From an uncultured Chloroflexia bacterium (lineage in GTDB: Bacteria > Chloroflexota > Limnocylindria > QHBO01), in assembly GCA_963825525.1 (NCBI GenBank), contig CAWGTN010000002.1:512001-576000 (forward strand): a stretch of 64,000 nt of DNA, given 5' to 3'. How positions within the stretch are numbered: position 1 is the first letter of the stretch; the number at the start of each line of letters is the position of its first letter. Positions 50,793 to 58,179 of this stretch are shown piece after piece. Below the pieces are notes generated by a model. That model worked only from the letters and a program-made list of their open reading frames with translations. It was not told the origin of the DNA and ran no database searches. The position numbers and the translations under genes are program-made.

Positions 50793-53224
50793 GCCAGGAC
50801 CTCCATGAATGCCTTGCTCATCTGTGTCTCTTCGGCTTCGAGCCTCGCCGTCGCGCGCAGCCATCCCGCCATGGGTCCGCTCTCGTAGCGCCGCACCGCG
50901 ATGCCGCGGGCCAGGAGGTCGCTGTCCACGCGCTCGGGATCCCCGCCGGCCCGGAACGCGATCGAGTTGGTGACCGACGGCAGGACCTCGCAGCCGAGAT
51001 CAGCCAGGAGGACGGCCAGCCGGTCGCGGGCCGCAATGATCGCGTGGCGCCGCTCTCGGGCGGTTGCTTCATCACTCAGAGCCGCCAGCGCGGCGGCCTC
51101 GGAGGGTCCGGCAATCGAGAGCGGCAGGCGGACCGCGTCGAAGCGATCGGCCAGCACGTCGGCGACGACCAGGTAGCCCACCCGGACGCCGGCGAGGCCG
51201 TGCGACTTCGAGAGCGAACGGAGAACGAGGACGTTCGGCAGGGCGTCCTGCATGCCGATGGCCGATGTCGACCCCGGCGCGGCGCCGATGCTGTCCTCGC
51301 CGTACTCCAGGTAGACCTCGTCGACGCAGACGAGCGAGGGCAGTCCGTCGGCCAGCTCCCTGATCTCGTCGAGCGTGTACGCGTCGCCGGTCGGGTTGTT
51401 CGGGCTGCACAGCCACACCAGCCGGGCGGACTCCCGGATGGCGGCCTCCCGGATCTCGGCCACCGGCTGTCGCCGGGCCATGTCGCGACGTGGAAGGCCC
51501 ACGATCCGGGCGCCGGCCAGACGCGCCTCGACCGCGAACATCGCAAACGTCGGCGTCGGGATGATGACCGCATCCCCCGCCGCCAGGGCCTGGGTGGTGA
51601 CCAGGCGAATGAGCTCATCGGCGCCTGCACCCGGGACGACTCGCTTCGGCTCGACGCCGATCCGCGCACCCAGCGCCGACCGCAAGCGGCGGTAGGCGAG
51701 ATCGCCGTACTCGTTCGAGCGGGTTCCGTCGAAGCCACGAAGGCCGTCGACGACGGAGGGCAAGGCGCCGCCGCCCATGGTGTTCATGTCGGCCCGAACC
51801 ACCGAGCTGACCTCGATGCCGGCGCGTTCGGCCAGCTCCTCGTCCGACGGCTCCGCCGGGTACGCCTCCACCCTGCCCGGCAGGCGGAACAGGTCGATGA
51901 CATCGTCGCCGACCGCCGGCTCGAGCGCCGCGCGGGCCAGGCCAGCTCGGGCGCGCACGCTGGCGGCATGGGCGGGAAGGCCCTCGGCCGCGGCGATCGC
52001 GTCGACGATCGGAGAGATGGCGCGGACCCCTGCCGGCGTGAGCTGCTGGACCTCGATCCAGCGACCGAAGCCCTCGACTCCCACGCCGCTCCAGGCCCGA
52101 GCCGCGGCACCGGTGGGCAGGACATGATTCGTCCCGGTCGCGTAGTCGCCGGCCGCGATGGGCGACCAGGGACCGATGAAGATCGCCCCCGCGTTGCGGA
52201 CCTTGACCGCCAGGTCCTCCGCGCCGGCGCACTGCAGGCTGACGTGTTCCGCCGCCACGGCATTGATCACGTCGATGCCAGTGTCGAGATTCGCCACCAC
52301 CACGGCGGCACCGTGGGCGCGGATCGTTGCCAGGGCGCGTTCCCCGGTCGCGAGATTGGCGGCCTGCCTCGGCAGGGCCTCCGCGATCGCATCGAGCAGC
52401 GCGGCGACGTCGCTCACCACGATGGCCACCGAGTCGGGCCCGTGCTCCGCCTGGGCAAGCAGATCGAGGGCCACGAGGTCCGGGTCCGCGCTTCCGTCGG
52501 CAAGGACGATGCACTCCGATGGCCCCGCCGGCAGATCGATGGCGACGCGGTGGCTGACGGCGCGCTTCGCCGCCGTGACCCACGCGCTCCCCGCCCCGAA
52601 GATCTTGTCGACCGGGTCCACGGACTCGGTGCCGTACGCCAGCGCCGCGATGGCCTGGGCGCCGCCCGCCTTGAGGACGCGGCCGACGCCCGCCATCCGG
52701 GCGGCGACCAGGATGGACGACGAGACCGATCCATCGGTGGCGGGCGGCGTCGCGATCACGAGCTCCTCGACGCCCGCCAGGCGTGCCGGCACCGTGAGCA
52801 TGAGGACGCTGCTGGCATAGGCGGCGCGGCCGCCGGGAACGTATCCGCCCGCCCGCGTAATTGGCTGCCAGCGACGCCAGGCGGTCACGCCGGCACGGGT
52901 CCGAACGCGCCGCTCCTGGCGCAACGCGTTCCGCTGCTCGGCGTGGTACCGATGGATGGCGGCCATCGCTTCGGCCAGGGCCGACTCGAGGGCGGGATCG
53001 ACGCGGGCCGCATCCCACTCCTCGTCCGAGACCCACGGGGATTCGAGATCCGCGCCGTCGAATCTCGCGGTGAGCTGGCGCAATGCGTGGTCACCACCGT
53101 CACGGACCGCCGCGATGATCTCGGCCACGTCGGCGACCGGCTCGGCGGGCCGCAGCGTCGCTGCCCATTCGGAACGAGCCGGCTCATCGAGCGTCGACCA
53201 ATCGACGCGCGCCGGGAGGCTCAT
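50789..53224 (-). CDS. hisD: Fused histidinol dehydrogenase (HisD) / histidinol-phosphate aminotransferase (HisC)
   Basis: YVPGG.A.Y.SS, GGAQAI.A.AYG, AGPSE, QAEH, GDY..G.NHVLPT; then G.G.DE.I, PTF.M, CSPNNPTG, DEVY, RSLSK..GLAG.RVGY with no stop in between. Confidence 0.9.
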   Translation of the reverse strand: MSLPARVDWSTLDEPARSEWAATLRPAEPVADVAEIIAAVRDGGDHALRQLTARFDGADLESPWVSDEEWDAARVDPALESALAEAMAAIHRYHAEQRNALRQERRVRTRAGVTAWRRWQPITRAGGYVPGGRAAYASSVLMLTVPARLAGVEELVIATPPATDGSVSSSILVAARMAGVGRVLKAGGAQAIAALAYGTESVDPVDKIFGAGSAWVTAAKRAVSHRVAIDLPAGPSECIVLADGSADPDLVALDLLAQAEHGPDSVAIVVSDVAALLDAIAEALPRQAANLATGERALATIRAHGAAVVVANLDTGIDVINAVAAEHVSLQCAGAEDLAVKVRNAGAIFIGPWSPIAAGDYATGTNHVLPTGAAARAWSGVGVEGFGRWIEVQQLTPAGVRAISPIVDAIAAAEGLPAHAASVRARAGLARAALEPAVGDDVIDLFRLPGRVEAYPAEPSDEELAERAGIEVSSVVRADMNTMGGGALPSVVDGLRGFDGTRSNEYGDLAYRRLRSALGARIGVEPKRVVPGAGADELIRLVTTQALAAGDAVIIPTPTFAMFAVEARLAGARIVGLPRRDMARRQPVAEIREAAIRESARLVWLCSPNNPTGDAYTLDEIRELADGLPSLVCVDEVYLEYGEDSIGAAPGSTSAIGMQDALPNVLVLRSLSKSHGLAGVRVGYLVVADVLADRFDAVRLPLSIAGPSEAAALAALSDEATARERRHAIIAARDRLAVLLADLGCEVLPSVTNSIAFRAGGDPERVDSDLLARGIAVRRYESGPMAGWLRATARLEAEETQMSKAFMEVLA

Positions 53225-54093
53225 CGCACGACCCTCTCGATCGGGACCACCAGGATGTCGCGGGCGCCCGCCTCCTTGAGCGCCGGCACGATGCGCCACA
53301 GCTGGCTGCGCTCGACGACTGAGTGGACGGCGATGAAGGCCGGGTCGGCGAGCGGCATGACCGTCGGCCCGGAGAGCCCGGGGATCAGGGCGCGGATCCG
53401 ATCGAGCGAATCGGCCGGCGCATTCATCATCATGTATTCGCGGCCCCGCGCATCGAGCACGCTTCGCAGCATCGCCACGAGGTCCCGCACGCGATCGTCC
53501 GCCTCGGCCATCCCGTTGCGTCCCACGAGCACCGCCTCGGAGGCGAGCAGCGTCGCGACGGGTCGCAGCCCGTTCATCCGCAGCGTCCCGCCGGATGCCA
53601 CGAGGTCGACGACTGCATCGGCCACGCCAAGCTGTGGGGTGACCTCAACCGCCCCTCGCACTTCCACGACCTGCGCCTCGACGCCAACATCGGCCAGGTA
53701 GGCGGCGGTGACGCGCGGGAACGAGGTGGCGATGCGACAGCCGACCAGGTCCTTCGCCGACGTCACGTCGGCATCACGCGGAACGGCCAGGACGAGCGAG
53801 CAGGCGCCGAAGCCGAGCGGCAGCACCGTCGACAGCTCACCGCCGTGCTCCGCGACGAGATCGGCGCCCGTGAGGCCGAGCTCGACGAGACCGTCCGCCA
53901 CGTACTCGGCGACGTCCTCGGTGCGGACGAACAACAGCTCGAGGTCGACATTGCGCACCGCGGCACTCAGCCGGCGCTCTGACAACTCGAACTCCAATCC
54001 GGCGCTGCGCAGCAGCTCGATGGCAGGCTCCGACAACCGCCCCTTGTTCGGGACGGCCAGGCGCAGGCGATCCATCGGCGTCGGCGGCGTCAT
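53221..54093 (-). CDS. hisG: ATP phosphoribosyltransferase (long form)
   Basis: AVPNKGRL, R..DV..YV..G, IATSFP, GAVE..P..G.AD.VVDLV.SG.TL; C-terminal PG..GPTV..L..GA.DILV. Confidence 0.96.
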   Translation of the reverse strand: MTPPTPMDRLRLAVPNKGRLSEPAIELLRSAGLEFELSERRLSAAVRNVDLELLFVRTEDVAEYVADGLVELGLTGADLVAEHGGELSTVLPLGFGACSLVLAVPRDADVTSAKDLVGCRIATSFPRVTAAYLADVGVEAQVVEVRGAVEVTPQLGVADAVVDLVASGGTLRMNGLRPVATLLASEAVLVGRNGMAEADDRVRDLVAMLRSVLDARGREYMMMNAPADSLDRIRALIPGLSGPTVMPLADPAFIAVHSVVERSQLWRIVPALKEAGARDILVVPIERVVR

Positions 54094-54437
54094 CGGCGTC
54101 GCCTGGCGCGCGCACGTCGGTCCAGCATGAGCCGGTATCCATCGCGCCCGTAGCGCAGCCACTGGTTGACTCGGCTGATCGTGGCGCTCGAGGCGCCGGT
54201 GCGTTCGCTGATGTCGTGGTAGCTCACGCCTTCGTCCAGGAGACGGGCGACCTCCCAGCGCGCGGCGAACTCGCGGAGCTCGTTGACGGTGCACAGGTCG
54301 CGCAGGAAGCGCAACGCCTCGTCACCGTCGCGAAGCGTGGCCACCGCGGCGGCGAGCTCGCGAAGCGGCTCGCTGATCCAGCGATCCTCGGTTCCGGTGC
54401 CCGCCGTTGACTTGTCTGATGCTTGCTGATTGGTCAT
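54090..54437 (-). CDS. YerC/YecD TrpR-like repressor (HisR-type)
   Basis: FLRDLCT..E..F..RW.VA..L..G.SY..I...TGAS.ATISRV...L.YG..GY. Confidence 0.92.
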   Translation of the reverse strand: MTNQQASDKSTAGTGTEDRWISEPLRELAAAVATLRDGDEALRFLRDLCTVNELREFAARWEVARLLDEGVSYHDISERTGASSATISRVNQWLRYGRDGYRLMLDRRARARRRR

Positions 54438-54475
54438 CGCTTTACCACGCTAAAGCATTAGCCCACCAGCGTCAA
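54438..54475 (-). promoter_or_regulatory. Sigma70-type promoter overlapped by a palindromic HisR-like operator
   Basis: TTGACG-17-TAGCGT on the minus strand; GCTTTA-N6-TAAAGC at 54439..54456. Confidence 0.8.
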
Positions 54476-55938
54476 GCATCCCTTCCGGCCGCGGCGCGCG
54501 GCCAGCGCAGCGCAAAGACGGCCGCCGGCTTGCGCTGCTCGAGCTGGACGCTGCCGCCCATCGCGGTCATCGTGGCCTGCACCAGGTAAAGGCCCAGGCC
54601 CAGTCCCCTGCCGGCGGTCACGCGATCGCGGAACAGGCGAGCGGCGATGTCGTCCGCGATGCCGGGACCCTCATCGCTGACCCGCAGCGTCACGATGTCC
54701 CCGTCACGCACCGTCACCTGGATCGGGCCGCCGGGGGTCGAGTATCGGTCGGCGTTGGTCAGCAGGTTGGTGATGGCCTGCTCGCTGAGATGTCGATCAC
54801 CGACCACGCGGATCCCCTCCGACATCGCGACCCGCACGTCACGGTCGGAGCCGCGGGCACGGTAGCGCTCGATTGCCGATCCCAGCGCCGGCGCGAGGTC
54901 GAACGGCTCTCTCTCTGCCTCGACGTGGCCCGCGTCGGCGCGGGAGTAGAGCTCGAGCCGTTCGAGGATCTGGATGGCCGCATCCACCGATTCGAGCGCG
55001 CGCGCCCCGTGAGCGCCCGACCGGCTGGGGAGGGCCGGATCTCGCTGCGCAAGCTCGATCCTGGCCTTGGCGACCGCCAATGGGTTGCGCAACTCGTGCG
55101 CCACGAAGCTCGCGAAGCGCGAGAGTCGCCGGCGCTCGTCCTCCTCCTTGCCGATGTCCCGCAGCAGCAGGACCGCTCCGCCACCGGGGATGGGCGTCCC
55201 CTCGATGTCGGCGATCACGTCCCGGCCGCTCATCGGCACCCGCAGCGTCATCCGTCGTCGGAAGGCCTCGTGCTGCGCGCGCACCTGCGGCCACTCCGAG
55301 GACTCGAGCGCGGTGCCGCGCTCATCACGCGGCTCGGTGGCACGCCCCCACTCCTCGAGCGATCGCTCGACGAAGCTCCGCCCGAAGAGGCGCATCGCGG
55401 CCCGATTCCCGTAGGTTCCGCGAGGCTCCTCGTCGTACACGATGAGCGGCTCCGGAATCGCTTCGGCCACCTCCTCAAGGCGGGCGCGCTCGCGCTCGGC
55501 ATGGTCCAGGGCAGTATCGAGTTCGTGGCGCGCCGCCTCGAGTCGCACACGTTCGGCGTCCGCGTCGCGGCGGGCCTCACGGCTGGCGGCCAGTGCATCC
55601 TCGGCCATGCGCCGGCTGGCTTCCCCCCGGTACACGAGGTACACGATGACCGGCGAGCCGACCATGAACGCTGCCATCCGCACGACATCGGTCCCCTCCC
55701 ATCCCCTGCCACCGAGCCCGTAGGCACCGACCAGGATGACGGCCGCGCCGGCAAGGTACGCCCACGTGGCAGACGAGGCCCCCAGAGCGAGGCCGACGAG
55801 TGTCACCGCCAGGACCAATGGGACGGTGACCGGAACCTGCTCGCCGGACGCGCTGGCGAGCCATCCGCCGCCGACCGCGGTCGCGGCGCCGATCAGGGCG
55901 CCGAGCAGGGCGAACCGGTCCAGCCTGAGCAGTCTCAT
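54472..55938 (-). CDS. Membrane sensor histidine kinase with a PAS-like domain (no adjacent regulator)
   Basis: TM segments, coiled coil, IPEP.IVYD..G..N.A, AHELRNPL, NLLTNA.RY, DEGPGI, GLGLGL. Confidence 0.9.
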   Translation of the reverse strand: MRLLRLDRFALLGALIGAATAVGGGWLASASGEQVPVTVPLVLAVTLVGLALGASSATWAYLAGAAVILVGAYGLGGRGWEGTDVVRMAAFMVGSPVIVYLVYRGEASRRMAEDALAASREARRDADAERVRLEAARHELDTALDHAERERARLEEVAEAIPEPLIVYDEEPRGTYGNRAAMRLFGRSFVERSLEEWGRATEPRDERGTALESSEWPQVRAQHEAFRRRMTLRVPMSGRDVIADIEGTPIPGGGAVLLLRDIGKEEDERRRLSRFASFVAHELRNPLAVAKARIELAQRDPALPSRSGAHGARALESVDAAIQILERLELYSRADAGHVEAEREPFDLAPALGSAIERYRARGSDRDVRVAMSEGIRVVGDRHLSEQAITNLLTNADRYSTPGGPIQVTVRDGDIVTLRVSDEGPGIADDIAARLFRDRVTAGRGLGLGLYLVQATMTAMGGSVQLEQRKPAAVFALRWPRAAAGRDA

Positions 55939-55991
55939 CCGAGCGTGATGCTCCCCGCGTTCATCGAGTGTCACCCTAGCATCCGACGCCG

Positions 55992-57131
55992 TCAGCGGCC
56001 GCGTCGGGCCGCCGCACGCCGGGCCCGGGCCAGCCGCTCGCGGGCCGCCGCGATCCGGCGCCACGGACCGTGGACCCTGCGCGGATCAATGGCCTCTGGG
56101 TGCTCCCCGCGAGCGATCTCGGCCAGCAATGCCGATGCCCGATCGAGCTGTCCCGCCTCGGTGAGGAGCTGGACAAGGCTGAACCATCGCCCCGGATCGG
56201 TGACCGGCGCCGCCATGACCCGCTCGACCAGCTCCGCGGCTCGTCCGCCGTGGCCGGCGCGACGGTGCGCAACGATCGCCGCGCGATAGTCCGTGAAGGA
56301 CGGGGCGATCTCGAGCGACTCGAGGAAGTTCAGCAGCAGCTCGGCGTTCTCGGCGCGTTGCTCGTTGGGTCCGCGCCGGACGTGGGCGTCGCGGTATTCC
56401 CCGAGCAGCACGCGCAGCTCTCGCTCAGCCCAGCGCCGTTGGGTCGACCCGATCGGCTCGCGCTCGGCGACCTCGCGCAGTGCATTGGCGCCCCGAAGCT
56501 CCTCACCTGCCGCCAGGTAGGCGTCCCGCAGGTTCGCGTCGACGATCTCGGCTATCGGGGGTGCGCTGGCAACGATTCTCTCGAGGGTGCCGAGCCAGTC
56601 CTCGACCCGACCTCGATCCGCATAGTGGCGCGCCGCGAACCGCAGCCAGTAACGCTCGGAGTGTTCGCGCCAGTCCTCGCCCTCGATGTGATGCTCGACG
56701 ATCCACCGCTCCTGGGCAGCCGGCCCCGCCATGAACACGTCGGTCGGAACGCGGAACCCGGCGGCGGAGCGCCACTGCGGCTGATGCCATTGGCTCGGCA
56801 CTCCGGGCTCGGAACGCAGGTGGCGGGTGGGGCGCACGGTCCGTGGCGCCTCGCCCGCATCGAGCGGCCACGCCAGCGTTTCCGCACTGCCGCCCTCGAG
56901 GGCGTGGTCGTAGTGAAGCCGGCGGAGCGGGTCGCGCAGCTCGGCCCAGGCCCGATTGAGGATCGAAGTCCGGCGCGTCGCGACGTCGGATGAGGGGGCG
57001 CGATCCGGATGGTGCCGAAGCACGGCCGCGCGGAATGCGGCGCGCAACTGCGCGGACGAGGCAGACGGGTCCGTCCCGAGGACCTCGTAGTAATCGCGCA
57101 TCTCGGTGCGGGGCAGTGACGCGGTGGACAT
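55992..57131 (-). CDS. J-domain (DnaJ-like) protein with a helical-repeat C-terminus
   Basis: DYYEVLG....AS...LR.A.R....HHPDR..LN.AW..L.DP.RR..YD. Confidence 0.85.
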   Translation of the reverse strand: MSTASLPRTEMRDYYEVLGTDPSASSAQLRAAFRAAVLRHHPDRAPSSDVATRRTSILNRAWAELRDPLRRLHYDHALEGGSAETLAWPLDAGEAPRTVRPTRHLRSEPGVPSQWHQPQWRSAAGFRVPTDVFMAGPAAQERWIVEHHIEGEDWREHSERYWLRFAARHYADRGRVEDWLGTLERIVASAPPIAEIVDANLRDAYLAAGEELRGANALREVAEREPIGSTQRRWAERELRVLLGEYRDAHVRRGPNEQRAENAELLLNFLESLEIAPSFTDYRAAIVAHRRAGHGGRAAELVERVMAAPVTDPGRWFSLVQLLTEAGQLDRASALLAEIARGEHPEAIDPRRVHGPWRRIAAARERLARARRAAARRGR

Positions 57132-57186
57132 CCGATCGAGTCTAGGGGACGTCCGGCCCATGGCGCACTTCGCTATGCTGCGAGCC

Positions 57187-58179
57187 ATGCCTGCGAAGAC
57201 GGGCTCGGGGCACGCCCGGGCCGGTCACCTCCTCATCATCGGCGGCGCCGAGGACAAGCTGCGACAGCGCCAGATCCTGTCCCGCTTCGTCTCGCTGGCC
57301 GGCGGCAGCCAGGCGCGGATCGTCATAATCTCTACCGCCTCGTCGCTCGGCGACGAGGCGACGGAGCTGTACCTGTCTCTGTTCCGCCAGATGGGCATCG
57401 GCGACGTTCGCGGGATGCGACCCCTCGTACGGGAAGATGCGAACGACGAACGGCTGGTGGCACAGCTGGACGACGCGACGGCAATCTTCATGACCGGCGG
57501 AAACCAGCTGCGACTCTCGAGTGTCATCGGCGGCACCGCATTGGGCCGCGCCATGATCGAGCGCCATGCGCAGGGGGCCATGGTCGCCGGCACCAGCGCG
57601 GGAGCATCGGCCATCGCCAGCCACATGGTCGCCTTCGGCACCAGCGGTGCCACTCCGAAGCAGCGAATGACCCAGATGAGCGCCGGCCTGGGACTGCTGC
57701 CCGGCGTGTTGATCGACCAGCATTTCGAGCAGCGCAATCGATTCGGCCGCCTTCTCGCGCTCGTCGCGCAGTCCCCAGCCCTGCTGGGCATCGGAATCGA
57801 CGAGGACACGGCAGCGCTCGTAAGCCCGAAGGGCATCCTGGAAGTGCTCGGGAAGGGATCCGTGGCGATCATCGACCCGGCCCACATCCAGACCGATGCC
57901 TACGAGGTCAAGCGCCACCGGCCGATCATGGTGTCGGGTGTCATGCTCCACTCGCTTCCCTCCGGATATCGGTTCGACCTCCGGAAGCGCACGCTGATGG
58001 CGCCGCTGCGCCCTGTGAGCGCCACCGATCGCGAGCTTGCGAGCCTCCAGGCAGCCACCAACAACACGCGACGCCTCATCCGGCGGATCGCTGCCGAGGG
58101 GGCCGACGACCAGGCTCCCGAGCGCGCGCGACGCCGCGCCACCCGGGCGAGCCGGATGGACCAGGAGGCGAGCGAGTGA
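57187..58179 (+). CDS. cphB: Cyanophycinase (S51 peptidase)
   Basis: IIGGAEDK, TAS, FMTGGNQLRL, GTSAGA, IDQHF.QR.R.GRL, GIDEDT. Confidence 0.95.
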   Translation: MPAKTGSGHARAGHLLIIGGAEDKLRQRQILSRFVSLAGGSQARIVIISTASSLGDEATELYLSLFRQMGIGDVRGMRPLVREDANDERLVAQLDDATAIFMTGGNQLRLSSVIGGTALGRAMIERHAQGAMVAGTSAGASAIASHMVAFGTSGATPKQRMTQMSAGLGLLPGVLIDQHFEQRNRFGRLLALVAQSPALLGIGIDEDTAALVSPKGILEVLGKGSVAIIDPAHIQTDAYEVKRHRPIMVSGVMLHSLPSGYRFDLRKRTLMAPLRPVSATDRELASLQAATNNTRRLIRRIAAEGADDQAPERARRRATRASRMDQEASE

